A stretch of DNA of 64,000 bases from the NCBI GenBank assembly GCA_050246315.1, contig JBFWWG010000010.1, forward strand, positions 103,088-167,087, given 5' to 3'. The DNA comes from Nitrospiraceae bacterium (lineage in GTDB: Bacteria; Nitrospirota; Nitrospiria; Nitrospirales; Nitrospiraceae). The notes under the pieces were generated by a model. It worked only from the letters and a program-made list of their open reading frames with translations. It was not told where the DNA came from and did not search any database. Shown here piece after piece: positions 31,183 to 41,891 of this stretch (positions within the stretch are counted from its first letter, which is position 1; each line of letters begins with the position of its first letter). The position numbers were made by a program, and so were the translations under genes.

Positions 31183-31696
31183 GACTCCTCCAGTGATCGA
31201 TGGGCGATACCAAGCCAATCAACACAGGACCCAGGGCAAGTTGTTGGATTCTTCCGGATCGAGGAAGGTAGGCTAGTTACCTAGCACAGGCAGGCGCTGA
31301 GGCACAAGAGCGGCCGGCAGGCGGGTACGTGCAGGCCGGCCGCAGATCACGACCAGACAACGCAGGTCCGCGGGCGCCTCATGGGCGTACTGGCGGTGGC
31401 AAGCGCGGACCCCGCGGCATGGAAGGATAATCTCGAAAGCCGGCTGATTCTGTTGCGCAAGGGATGGAACAGAAGTGTTCCGACACCCGGCTCGTCTCAC
31501 AGGGCTGTGGTCGATTCGCGCTCGAAACGGACGAGGCGATTGCCCTGTCGGAGCAATCTGGCTGACAGCGTTGATCCGAGCCCACGGTCGTCATGCCCGG
31601 TTTCTCGGCAACCACCGTGCGACCCGTTGCCATCAAAAGCGCAACGGATGAAACATCACGAATCGTCATCAATCCGGTGGGCTGGCTGTGACGCAG

Positions 31697-32110
31697 TCAA
31701 GGCAGCATGACGAGGAGAAACCATTTCGGCTTCATGCGACCGAAGTCCGTGCGGCAATGGACACGCAGCGAACGCTTGGGGTCCAAGACAACCGGACCAT
31801 CCGGCCCGCGGTGGAACACGACCCAATGCCAGAAGGCCGTTCCCTTCACACGATGCCACTTGATGGCGAGCAACGCGAGAGGCGGCAGCGCCTTCCAGGA
31901 ACGAAACGGCGTTTCACTCTTGGCCGGGCGGATGCGATACTGGACCAGCAACCGGCGAACATGAGCGGTCTCCGACCACAGCCGGGGATCTGTGGCAACG
32001 ATGCCGAGTCGGTACGCCGTCCGTCTAGCTTCTCGATAGGTGACCCCAGCCAAGGTCGCCACGGCTGCGATCCCACATCCGGTCCGTTCTTCCTGCACCA
32101 CCGGCTTCAT
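31697..32110 (-). CDS. Stand-alone peptidase C39-like protein
   Basis: QEERTGCGIA (Gln...Cys), HWVV (His), LDP (Asp). Confidence 0.65.
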   Translation of the reverse strand: MKPVVQEERTGCGIAAVATLAGVTYREARRTAYRLGIVATDPRLWSETAHVRRLLVQYRIRPAKSETPFRSWKALPPLALLAIKWHRVKGTAFWHWVVFHRGPDGPVVLDPKRSLRVHCRTDFGRMKPKWFLLVMLP

Positions 32111-32259
32111 ACCGAACCGAACCTTACGGCTCCGAAGCCATCTGTTTCAAGAGCGGCCACGATTTTCACGGTTGTCGATTGACGCGTGGCGCTTGGCGAA
32201 CAGCGGTGAGGGAGCACGAACGAGTGGTGCGTCGAGGACGGCGGGAAACACTGAGTGTC

Positions 32260-32637
32260 TTACAGCTTGCCGGCGGGATGCTCGCGCACGAACTTCCTGA
32301 TGCGGTCCTGCACGGTCGGTCGGATTGAAAAGAATTCAAGCCCGAACGTGTCTCCGGAAACCCAACGCACGATGGCGCCGTCAATTCTGATCGGCCAAGG
32401 ATGATCGGTCAGGAAGAGCGAGAGCTTCAGCTCCACCCCCATTTCCACCGGGCTGATCGATTCGGCGCGGCAGCCGCCGACGGAGAGATCCAAGACACGA
32501 GCCTCAGCCTCAAAATCGTTCTTGCCGAAGAGAAAGAGGCGACAGGCGATCGGCACTCGCCGGCCACGCCGCTCTTTTTGTTCCGCTTTCGCGGCAGGCG
32601 CGGAATTCCGGTGCACCGGCTGGGTCATCACCGCCAT
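32260..32637 (-). CDS. PilZ domain (c-di-GMP-binding) protein
   Basis: ERRGRR (RxxxR) and DLSVGG (DxSxxG) motifs. Confidence 0.88.
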   Translation of the reverse strand: MAVMTQPVHRNSAPAAKAEQKERRGRRVPIACRLFLFGKNDFEAEARVLDLSVGGCRAESISPVEMGVELKLSLFLTDHPWPIRIDGAIVRWVSGDTFGLEFFSIRPTVQDRIRKFVREHPAGKL

Positions 32638-32772
32638 CCCTTCTCGCGGACGAGGAGCGTAGAGTTGGCATCAGTCTATCGGAAGTGAAGTTCGCTTGAT
32701 ATCCATTTCACTCTTTCGACCAGGCGTCCTCGTTTGACGATCGAATCTTCATGGTTGTCGCCTGACGATCCG

Positions 32773-33570
32773 CTAGAAGCCCACCGACACCCCGACCGTC
32801 CCTTGCACGGCAGCCCGATCTGAAGGGCCGAAGAACTCCGTTCCAATTCCAGCATCCAGCACGACACGAGAGGTAAATTGGTGGCGCACCCCCATTTCAA
32901 TCCCGGTGTAGTTGGTCTGGCCGCGGAGATCGGATTGGCGCGTGTAGAGGCTGGCGATCACCGTTTCGCGAAATCGCATGGGATAGCCGAGCGGATAGCT
33001 GACGGCCACGATGGCACGATAGGTCCCCGGTCGCTCCTGGCCTTGCGGTGAACCCAGTACCGCGTAACCGGCATTGACATGGACGCGCCAGCGGTCGAAC
33101 GAGCGCGTCATGATTCCGGTCATCTGGGTATCCACCCCGCGTGAGTTGACGCCCGTCGGCAGGTCCGCCTCCACTCGCACTGCGAAGGCCGGGAGCCTTA
33201 GCGTCTCGGTGTTGAAGTTATAGAGCAGGGCTAGATGGAGGTCGCCGGATTTGTTGGCGCCGACCACGGTTTGCGGGTCCGTGAACAGATCACTCTGGAT
33301 CTCGATCTGCGTGTTTCGGAATGCGCCGTAGATGATCTGCGGCTGGAAGGCGGCCTGGGTCCGACCCTGGCGGCGATCGTTGAACCGCACGCCGGCTTCC
33401 ACCCCCATCTCCCCCTGCGGAATGGCGTACGCGTCCTCCACCGCGATCGGCCGATTCGGATCGAGGTTGTCATGGTCCAGGGCCAGCGCAACCGGACCTG
33501 TCAGATGTGCCGCAACCGCAAACCCGGCTGCGGCGAGGACGAGTCCACCGAACCACCGCGCCATCGTCAC
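32773..33570 (-). CDS. Outer-membrane beta-barrel/transporter-like protein
   Basis: Signal peptide; DHDNLD after the cleavage site; amphipathic strands; C-terminal Phe; start overlaps the upstream stop. Confidence 0.7.
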   Translation of the reverse strand: MTMARWFGGLVLAAAGFAVAAHLTGPVALALDHDNLDPNRPIAVEDAYAIPQGEMGVEAGVRFNDRRQGRTQAAFQPQIIYGAFRNTQIEIQSDLFTDPQTVVGANKSGDLHLALLYNFNTETLRLPAFAVRVEADLPTGVNSRGVDTQMTGIMTRSFDRWRVHVNAGYAVLGSPQGQERPGTYRAIVAVSYPLGYPMRFRETVIASLYTRQSDLRGQTNYTGIEMGVRHQFTSRVVLDAGIGTEFFGPSDRAAVQGTVGVSVGF

Positions 33571-34631
33571 CTGGACTCCCCATGCTGGTGATTCGTGGCC
33601 GGTGCCATGAGGCTCGGTGACACGGGGTCTTCATCTGAAGGACGCTCGGACTGAGATCCGAGGTGGGGCTCGTGCCCATCTCGAATCATCATGGGATTGT
33701 TCGCATCGGCCGAGGCCAGATAGTATGAATCCAAGACACGATAAATCTCGGCCCTCTTCGCCTCCCAGGTCGGGAGCAAGCCGCTCGCCAGGATGTCGCT
33801 GATGTTGTCGTGCAACATATGAAGGTTGTCGAAAATGTTGGCCAGCTCCGGATAGCGGGCGGCGAACGACGGGCTGTACTCGGCGGTCAAGGGCATGAAG
33901 GTCCACTGCACCGGCGGCCGCTCCAAATACCCACGATAGGTGGCCAGAATCGGCCGGACCGCGCGCGTTTTCGCCTCAAGATCGGCAGCCGCCTGCAGCG
34001 GGTCATAGACCGCCACTTGCAAGTAGTGATAGGACCAGATGGTGGCATTGAAGAGCGGGAAGCGTTGCCGAAATTCTCGTGAGTATGGGAACGCATCCAG
34101 ACGTCGGTGGTCCAAGCGGTGCGCCGTGAGCGCATAACGGCTGTCTTGATAATAGGCCAGAACCTTGCGGATCGCCGCGTCTTCATCGGAATCGGACAGA
34201 TTGGACACGACGATGTCGTACGTCGCCCGGTGTAAGGCATGCGCCTCATCAAAGGTATTCTGGGCGCGCCAGGCCAGCTTCATGTAAGTCGGGGCAATCG
34301 CCTCCTCGTTGGGATTCAGCCTGGGCTTGGTCGCGATGAATGCCAGCGTCTCCTTGCGGGCCCGAGATTCGATGGCTTCAACGTCGTGGCCGCCGGTCAA
34401 CAAAAGGTTCTCGTAGAGATTGGCATGTCCGAAGTCCACACCGTTGAACTCGCTGTCCAACTCAGCCAGATCCTCGCGGAGCGCAAAGTTCCAGAGGGCG
34501 CGGTAGTAGAATCGTTTGTCTCTCGGTTCGAACTCGGAGCAACCGGCGAGCGCCGCGACCAACCACAGGAGCGAGAGTAGCAAATGCATGCCGGCCACTC
34601 CCTTGAACGCCGTTCGGCGAAGCCAGTTCAT
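33567..34631 (-). CDS. His-rich helical lipoprotein, putative metal-binding
   Basis: GAGGAG RBS; lipobox LAGC; FGH, AHALH, YHYLQ, LHMLHD. Confidence 0.7.
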   Translation of the reverse strand: MNWLRRTAFKGVAGMHLLLSLLWLVAALAGCSEFEPRDKRFYYRALWNFALREDLAELDSEFNGVDFGHANLYENLLLTGGHDVEAIESRARKETLAFIATKPRLNPNEEAIAPTYMKLAWRAQNTFDEAHALHRATYDIVVSNLSDSDEDAAIRKVLAYYQDSRYALTAHRLDHRRLDAFPYSREFRQRFPLFNATIWSYHYLQVAVYDPLQAAADLEAKTRAVRPILATYRGYLERPPVQWTFMPLTAEYSPSFAARYPELANIFDNLHMLHDNISDILASGLLPTWEAKRAEIYRVLDSYYLASADANNPMMIRDGHEPHLGSQSERPSDEDPVSPSLMAPATNHQHGESR

Positions 34632-34696
34632 ACGTCTCCTCAATGGTCCGTCCTGTGGCACACTGGGCGGGCTCGTGCGAGCTTCATATCTCCACA

Positions 34697-35279
34697 TCAT
34701 GAATGCCCGTGATGGGCATGGACCAACGCATGCCCTCGGCCGCGGGCGATCAGCCAGCGGTTGACGGGAAAGGCGGCAGCACCTGCGAGAATCAAGGACA
34801 GCATGAGGCTGCCCCAGAACAGGGGCTCGCTCAATCCCGCCTGCATGGCGCCGGGGATTACCAGCATCAGCCCGTTATCCACGATCTCCATCGTCGCGAT
34901 GGACAAGGTATCCGACGCCAAGGCGAGCCCCAATGCCATAGCCGGCGCAAACCCGGCACGGAGCAACGGCCAGAGGGTCATGGCATATCCGGTTGCGAAG
35001 GCCAGCGACGGCCAGGGCGACGGTCTCCCCATTACCCCAGCCCAAGGCGGTCCCGATCACCATCCCCGCAACCTCTCCGACGGCGCAGCCGGTCAAGCAA
35101 TGGACCGTCGCGAAGAAGGTCAGCCGATTCAACGACGTGGGGCTGTCGCCCTCGGTCCTCCGGTGGTGGCAGTGCCCGCGCCCATGTTCCTGTGGGGGAA
35201 CATGCCCCTGGTGATCATATTGAGGACGTTCATGCTGATGGTGAGCCGTCCCGGCCGGTGCCTGTTCTGCCGTCATCAT
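34697..35279 (-). pseudogene. DUF4396 membrane protein with His-rich termini, frameshifted
   Basis: ATVHCLTGCAVGE then frame change near 35005 to LAFATGY...SIATMEIVDN...PVNRWLI. Confidence 0.8.
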
Positions 35280-35424
35280 CGTCCACCCTCCTTATCATCA
35301 GTCGGTGAAGGATCGCGTCCGCACACCGATTCAGACGGAGGAGGGGTTCCATGATTACAGTGCGATGCCACGACCTCGAGAGAAGAGGAAAAAGGAGGAC
35401 GGTGTCGGAGGCTCGGACGGCAAG

Positions 35425-36075
35425 TTACTCGCAGGTGCAATGGAGACAGCCGTGGGTCGTACAGATCCCGCAGGTCTCTTCCAAGCTTTCTCTCAGAGCC
35501 TGCCGGGCGCGATGGAGCCGGACCGTGAGATTATTCTGTGAAATGTTCAGCTCCTCGGCGACCCGCTGAGGAGATTCGCCGTCGAGGTCGATGCGACGAA
35601 TCAATTCGGCGTAGTTCGGCCGGAGCGCCGGCAACAGCCGGGAGAGGCAGGCGCACACGGAGGGCTGCAGCTCGTCGAACGCCGGCTCCTGGTCTTCACC
35701 GGCCTGCACCAGGTCACGCAGATAGGCATCATCACGGCGCGTTTCCGCATCGTGGGATCGATAGTAGTCGATCACCGCATGGCGCAGAATCCGATAAAAC
35801 CAGGGCACGACACTGTCGTCGTTCTTGACCGAATGGTAGCGCTCGACCGCCCGGGCCAGACTCTGCTGCAACAGATCCTCGGCAACCGCCTCGCTGCCGA
35901 GCCGCCGTCGCAGGAATCCCAAGAACTCCGGCTGTTGTTCGAGGAGTCTCTTGACCAGCAGCTCCGGCTCTCGGTCGGGTGTTCGGCTTCCGTTTCCGTC
36001 TCGCCGCTCCTGCAGATCCTGCGAGTCCTCGGCCGCTCTGTCGCCGGCAACCTGTCTGCCGCCATTTTCGGACAT
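35425..36075 (-). CDS. ECF sigma factor with CxC motif and Cys-rich C-terminus (CorE/ECF44-like)
   Basis: AEDLLQ, WFYRILRHAVIDYYR, VCAC, VRLHRARQAL, CGICTTHGCLHCTCE. Confidence 0.88.
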   Translation of the reverse strand: MSENGGRQVAGDRAAEDSQDLQERRDGNGSRTPDREPELLVKRLLEQQPEFLGFLRRRLGSEAVAEDLLQQSLARAVERYHSVKNDDSVVPWFYRILRHAVIDYYRSHDAETRRDDAYLRDLVQAGEDQEPAFDELQPSVCACLSRLLPALRPNYAELIRRIDLDGESPQRVAEELNISQNNLTVRLHRARQALRESLEETCGICTTHGCLHCTCE

Positions 36076-36451
36076 GAACAACCTCCCAGGTGGCTTCACA
36101 GCTTACCCTTCGTTCATACCCCTGCTCAAGACGCGACCTCCAACCACCCCAATGCCGTCCCTCGCCCACATGATTCATGAACGCTTCTCCTGCAAACTCC
36201 GTGCGACCCGTTACGGGTTGCGTCATACAACGGCTGGATCGTCATGAAGCGTCATGAGGAATGCGGGCTAAACATCTCATTCCTCCGGAGTCTGAAGTGT
36301 TTCATGGTTGCATCCGTTCGCCGGTCCATGTATTAACACGCATGATGGAACCGCTGATCGATCATGCTCCTGTCCGCCACCCGCTTCGGGGACTTCTCCG
36401 CAAGCCATGAAAAGACGTAAGCCCTCGAACGCACGAAACAAATCCCATGCG

Positions 36452-37018
36452 ATGCGAGCGGTCCGCTTGACCGTCTTCATGGTACTGTGGCTCACCGCCT
36501 GCTCTGCAATGGAAGCCATTAAGCCGACGATCCCTCCGCGATACCTGGCACGGGCGGAACGCGACGTCACCTTGACAACACTCGTGACCAATCCTGATCG
36601 GTACCGGGACAAGGTCGTGATTATGGGCGGGGTGGTCGTCGAGGAACGGCTGGAGCAGGATCAACTCTGGGTCAGGCTGAAGAATCGCCCGCTGGATGAT
36701 ATCTACCGTCCTCACCGACCGGTGACACAGGACGGTCCCGAGGCCGGCCATTACTGGGTGACGGCGTCGAGCCGGAGCCAGTTTTCCGGTCAGTATCGGC
36801 ACTGGGCCCGCATCACGGTCGTGGGTCGTGTCGTCGGAACCTGGTCCGCCTCGAGCGGGGCCGTCTCCGTCGGCGAACCGGTCCTCTTCCTCGTCTATGC
36901 CAAGGGGTGGACCACCGACGGCAAAAGCCATGACAACGCGTGGGAGATTTCAACGGACCCCAACGCGATCATGAATGTGCCGGCTGGACTTGGAGGAGAA
37001 TTCGGGTCGGCCCCGTAG
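36452..37018 (+). CDS. Slp family outer-membrane lipoprotein
   Basis: Lipobox LTAC; NPDRYRDKVVIMGG, RPLD...P, ITVVGRV. Confidence 0.75.
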   Translation: MRAVRLTVFMVLWLTACSAMEAIKPTIPPRYLARAERDVTLTTLVTNPDRYRDKVVIMGGVVVEERLEQDQLWVRLKNRPLDDIYRPHRPVTQDGPEAGHYWVTASSRSQFSGQYRHWARITVVGRVVGTWSASSGAVSVGEPVLFLVYAKGWTTDGKSHDNAWEISTDPNAIMNVPAGLGGEFGSAP

Positions 37019-37043
37019 GCGGCAGGGCGGGAACAGAACGGGT

Positions 37044-37436
37044 TCACGCGGACGACGGCAGGTAGCGCTTGATCGCTTCGTGAATCTTTCTCGCCCGTAC
37101 CTCGTCTCCAGTGAACCCGACACGAATGGTCAGACCGGTTCGACCCTCCGAGAGGGATTCCAGATCAATCCAGACGTGTTTTCCGTCGGCGAATTCCGAT
37201 TCGAGATGGGCCGACATCTTGTCGGCTTTGTTTTCTGACGGATTCAACCCCAGATCCTTCATTGCCGCAACGGTTGCCGCATGGACCGCGGGCACATCGT
37301 GATCCACCTCATCCTTGAGCTTGCCCATCACGTACACGGCCCCGGCAACCCCACCCGCCGCGCCCACGGCGAGCGCCACGCAGCCGGAGGCAAACACCCC
37401 AAGCACCAGGCAGAGCACGAGATGGCTCACCCGCAT
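37044..37436 (-). CDS. DUF3568 family lipoprotein
   Basis: Lipobox ASGC; GAAGGVAG; IRVGFTGDE. Confidence 0.8.
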   Translation of the reverse strand: MRVSHLVLCLVLGVFASGCVALAVGAAGGVAGAVYVMGKLKDEVDHDVPAVHAATVAAMKDLGLNPSENKADKMSAHLESEFADGKHVWIDLESLSEGRTGLTIRVGFTGDEVRARKIHEAIKRYLPSSA

Positions 37437-37718
37437 TGGCTGGTTCGTCCCTGACGCCTGCTTCAATCGATCTGACAGCATGTCCACTCCTTGGTTCTCT
37501 CGCTCCTACATACAGACGAGACCAGGCATCCCGCAGACGGTGGAACCAGTACCTTCGGCCGCACTGCATCGGCGCGAAGTCCGAGCGTCACATGCTTCCG
37601 CATGCTTTCCCATTGTGCCTGCACTCATCGGCCTCATCAACCGGCAATCCGCTGCCCAGCCGAGATCATGGAGACTGCGCCAATTCTGGAATGGTCATGG
37701 TACGATGGCGGAGACACC

Positions 37719-38522
37719 ATGATCGAGTCGACCTTTCTCTTCCTCCCCGGCATCGCCGCGGTGCGCGAGCGGCAATTGTGGTCGAGCGGCATCTCCACCT
37801 GGCAGACCTTCCTTGAAGCCCGCCGGATTCCTCGGATCAGCGAGGCCTGGAAGACGCACTACGATGAAGTGGTGAAAACCGCGCGGGACCAGTATGAAAA
37901 TGACAATCCCCGTTGGTTTGCGCCGCGCCTCAAGCCGCGCGCGCACTGGCGGCTATACGAATGGCTCCGTCCGCGGACCGTCTTCCTTGATATTGAAACC
38001 ACCGGGCCCTTCGGCGAGATCACCGTCGTCGGCCTGTTTGGACAGGGCCGGATGACTCAACTTGTCCGCGGTGAGACCTTGACTGAGGCGCGGCTCAGCG
38101 AGCATCTCTCGCAATATAGCCTGCTCGTGACCTTCAATGGCGCCGGCTTCGACCTGCCATGCCTACGAGCCCAATTTCCAAGACTCCTCCTGGATCACGC
38201 GCATCTGGATCTCCGCTTCGCGGGCCGAGCGCTTCAATGGAGAGGCGGGCTCAAACAGGTCGAACGGCAAGCCGGGATCGAACGTCCGGCGGGGATCGAC
38301 GGGTTGGACGGCTGGGATGCCGTGCGTCTCTGGAATCAGTGGCGACACGGGCATGATCCGACGGCACTCGATCGACTCTTGGCCTACAACGCCGCCGATT
38401 GCATCAACCTCGAACCGCTGGCCGACCTCCTGTACTGCGGTCTGCGCGAGCAATGCGGATTGGACGACTTCTACGATCCTATATCCTCTGCTCCGTCCCG
38501 CACGGCTCCCGGCGGCCTCTGA
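37719..38522 (+). CDS. YprB-like RNase H-fold exonuclease
   Basis: FLDIETTG, VTFNGAGFDLP, GGLKQVE, YNAAD. Confidence 0.85.
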   Translation: MIESTFLFLPGIAAVRERQLWSSGISTWQTFLEARRIPRISEAWKTHYDEVVKTARDQYENDNPRWFAPRLKPRAHWRLYEWLRPRTVFLDIETTGPFGEITVVGLFGQGRMTQLVRGETLTEARLSEHLSQYSLLVTFNGAGFDLPCLRAQFPRLLLDHAHLDLRFAGRALQWRGGLKQVERQAGIERPAGIDGLDGWDAVRLWNQWRHGHDPTALDRLLAYNAADCINLEPLADLLYCGLREQCGLDDFYDPISSAPSRTAPGGL

Positions 38523-38573
38523 CGCCACAATTCGAGGCCTCGTATCTCGATCCCCCGTATCGGATAAGCCGGA

Positions 38574-38933
38574 TCACCTTATCACTCCCGGGATCTGTCC
38601 ATACCAGGAAGGACAAGAACATGGCGCGCCGCTCGCACCGGGTTGCATCAACGGACATTGTCCGAGTTGAGTCGTGCAGGTCGAGGCCACGGCCACCGGC
38701 TGACCTCGTTTTGGAAATTGCCTCGCAAGCTCACTTTGCAGCAGTTGCCCAGTTGCCTGCACCACTTCGTCCGAGAGCTTATAGCTCACACAGGTCCTGT
38801 TGATGTCCTCCATGCTGAAGCCGCCTTCTTTCATCTTGACCATTTCTTCGCTGCTACAGGTGCGGTGGGCGACACAGGAGACAGATAGAACCAGCATACT
38901 GAGACACGCGATCATGACCATTACGCGTTTCAT
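38574..38933 (-). CDS. Small Cys-rich lipoprotein
   Basis: GAGGAGG RBS; SVSC lipobox-like; CTTQLGQC...CSC. Confidence 0.65.
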   Translation of the reverse strand: MKRVMVMIACLSMLVLSVSCVAHRTCSSEEMVKMKEGGFSMEDINRTCVSYKLSDEVVQATGQLLQSELARQFPKRGQPVAVASTCTTQLGQCPLMQPGASGAPCSCPSWYGQIPGVIR

Positions 38934-39273
38934 GGCCAACCTCCTCTTGGAGAGATGCGGAGCAGTTCACCTTGCCCTCGCGTCTCCGATAGACCATAGG
39001 ACCACTCAGGGTATTGTCCCTATTTACTCACACCACATAATTGAGCAAAGGGCGCGCCGGATCACAATTTGGACGCATTACGCGTAAGCTGTTGAAATGC
39101 AGAGGAGCCGCTCAGGAGGGGACTGGCAGGTGTATCTCTTCCAATACGCGGCTGTATCCGTCAAGGTCAGACCGGCCGAGCATCAAACAAATGGAAAACC
39201 GGAAAAGCGAATGGGCGGAAGGGCCGGTAAAAGGGAAGGAGCGATGTCTTGAGGTGGCGATGAGGGCGGTCGA

Positions 39274-39879
39274 TTATCGTCTGAACATTCTTGTATTGAG
39301 CACCTGGCCCGTTTGCGCCCCCTCGACGCTTTCCACATAGGCGAGGGCGACCTCGTCCGCCGGCATGCCGCCGGCCAGGTCCATTCCACGGGCCTTCAAC
39401 GTTTCAGTCACCCAGGTGGGGCTGACCACATTGATGCGAAGGCCTCTCGGCAGTTCCAGCGCCGCCGCCCGCACAAACCCGTCGAGCCCGCCGTTGACCA
39501 GGCTGATCGCGGCGCTGCCCTTCATCGGCTCCTGACTCAGCACGCCGCTCGTCAGCGTGAATGAGCCGCGATCTGACAGCAACGAAGCTCCGATCCGGAC
39601 CAGATTCACCTGCCCCATCAGTTTATGGGACAGGCTGAAAGCAAAATCTTCATCCGTGAGTTTCGCCAAATCGCCAAAGACGGCGCGTCCGGCCGTCGAG
39701 ACCACGGCATCCACCGAACCGATGGCCCGGTAGAGAGTCCGAATCGATTCGGAATTGGCAAGGTCAACCTGAAAGTCTCCGCTCTTATTCCCGACCGTGA
39801 TCACGTCATGCCGAGGCCCCAGCGCCCGACACACGGCCCGTCCGATCGTCCCGGTCGCACCGATCACGACAATTCGCAT
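39274..39879 (-). CDS. Short-chain dehydrogenase/reductase
   Basis: VIGATGTIG, KLMGQVNL, RINVVSP. Confidence 0.9.
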   Translation of the reverse strand: MRIVVIGATGTIGRAVCRALGPRHDVITVGNKSGDFQVDLANSESIRTLYRAIGSVDAVVSTAGRAVFGDLAKLTDEDFAFSLSHKLMGQVNLVRIGASLLSDRGSFTLTSGVLSQEPMKGSAAISLVNGGLDGFVRAAALELPRGLRINVVSPTWVTETLKARGMDLAGGMPADEVALAYVESVEGAQTGQVLNTRMFRR

Positions 39880-39900
39880 CCGCCTGCTCCTCTGTATCGC

Positions 39901-40503
39901 TTAGCCTTTCGAGTTCGACGTTCCAGACCGTACTACCCGCACGAAACAACCACACAGGTGATCGTTCACCATGCCGACGGCCTGCATATGGGCATAGATG
40001 ATGGTACTCCCGACAAAGCGGAAGCCGCGTTTCTTGAGGTCTTTGGACAGCGCGTCGCTCTCCGGACTGGTGGCCGGCACCTGAGCAATACTCGTCCAGC
40101 GATTGACTTTCGGTCTCCCCCCGACGAAGGGCCACACATATCGATCGAACGAGCCGAACTCTTCTTGGATCTCGATGAATGCCTGCGCGTTCGTCACGGC
40201 CGCATCAATCTTCAATCGATTACGGATGATGCCGGCGTCCTTGAGCAACGCCGCAGTCTTCCTCGCATCGAACTTCGCCACCTTCACCGGATCGAATTCG
40301 GCAAAGGCCCGCCGATAGCCCTCGCGCCGGCGCAGGATCGTATCCCAGGACAAGCCAGCCTGCGCCCCCTCCAACACCAGCATCTCGAAATGGCGTCGGT
40401 CATCGTGGACCGGCCTGCCCCATTCGTCATCGTGATACCGGATCATGTGGGGCTTGTCGCCCACCCATGCGCAACGAACCACGGCCTTGCGCCCACGCGT
40501 CAT
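39901..40503 (-). CDS. tag: DNA-3-methyladenine glycosylase I
   Basis: RCAW, YHDDEWG, LEGAQAGLSW, IIRNRLKI, GMVNDH...C; start approximate. Confidence 0.93.
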   Translation of the reverse strand: MTRGRKAVVRCAWVGDKPHMIRYHDDEWGRPVHDDRRHFEMLVLEGAQAGLSWDTILRRREGYRRAFAEFDPVKVAKFDARKTAALLKDAGIIRNRLKIDAAVTNAQAFIEIQEEFGSFDRYVWPFVGGRPKVNRWTSIAQVPATSPESDALSKDLKKRGFRFVGSTIIYAHMQAVGMVNDHLCGCFVRVVRSGTSNSKG

Positions 40504-41187
40504 CGGACTTACCATGGTCTGTCCAAACTGGTCTGGTCTTTCATCCCACCAGATCTGTGATGGTCGCCCCTCAGACAATGGGGCACCGGCGAGGCCGACC
40601 GCAGGAGATCCATGGGATGCGACCCTATCATATCCGGTCATATCCGGGAAGGCCGTTCCACCGGACATGGCCGCCGGTGCTGCAAGCGCGACTGTCTCAG
40701 AGAGAGAATGGTTGCCATCCAGTGGCCACTGGCATGAGCGCAAGGAGCAAAGCAGACCGTGTTTGCCGCTGCGGCCACAACAAACGGCAGCATCGCGTAT
40801 TGGCCGCAAGCCGCAGCTCCTGCCGCGACTGTGCCTGCGACCGGTATCGGCCCCGACAAAAACGCGCCCCAGGACGCCGCACGCCGTCGCGAAACCGCAA
40901 CCGCCGTCGGAGCTAACTTGACGCTGGCCATGACGAATGGGGCACGCGGCCATTCGGGCACGGCGAGGCATGAACGAGCAGCGCTGACCAAAGACCTGCG
41001 TCGAACCCGACAGATTCGGGAGGTGGTTCAGGTATCACTCTCCGGAACCATTCTCGCCAATCCGGACTCTCGCCGGCCTCTCATGCAAGGAGTCACCCGG
41101 CGTGCTCAGCAACTGGCGGCATCCGCCGGAGGGGCGTGTCCGATTGCGGACATTCAATAATCTCGTGAGAGATGAAAGGAGTGCGAC

Positions 41188-41484
41188 ATGATCGGCGTGT
41201 TCGTAACTTTTCGCTATGGGGAGCCCTTCGATGAGAACGTCATCCGAAAGATTGCCGAGACGGCGCGAGGACGGTTTGAAGGAATGCCGGGACTGCGCTC
41301 CAAAGCCTTCACCCTCAACCCCGGCGCACGGGAAGCGCGCAATTTCTATGTATGGGACTCCGAAGAGGCGGCCAGAGCGTTCTTCACCGATGAACTCATC
41401 GAGAAAGTAACCGGTCTCTACGGGGTACGTCCCAGCGTTGATTTCGTGGACATCGCCGCTCTGGTGGAGAACCTTCATCGGTGA
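41188..41484 (+). CDS. YdhR-like dimeric alpha/beta-barrel (putative monooxygenase)
   Basis: AAAGGAG RBS; MPGLRSKAF, YVWDSEEAA. Confidence 0.75.
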   Translation: MIGVFVTFRYGEPFDENVIRKIAETARGRFEGMPGLRSKAFTLNPGAREARNFYVWDSEEAARAFFTDELIEKVTGLYGVRPSVDFVDIAALVENLHR

Positions 41485-41891
41485 ATCTCGTCCGAGCGCC
41501 ACGGCGAGAGCCCCTCTTCGCTGTGGATAGTCCACCCTATTCAGGCTTCCAGTGGCAGTTGCACGCGCACGGGCATCTCTTCGTCACGTTGTGCCGTCGC
41601 GGCAACCCAGGCGTCATGTCACGGCGCCTGCCAGAATTAGGGAGAACTCACTCATTACACTATCGAGAGCCAAGCCTTGTACCTTCCTGCTTATCTTGTA
41701 CGGAATTCTGATCAGCATGTCGCTCATCCGCTTACGAATACTCACTTTACTTCCTATGGGCGCAGCGATACCCTAGCGATACCCTGTCACGTCAACGTTT
41801 CGTCTGTCTGTGGCGCTGTCCCTCGATGGCTCAGGATTCAGGCCGGTCAACCCATCGCAGTCAACCTCTCACGTTTCGGAAGGAGACTGTC

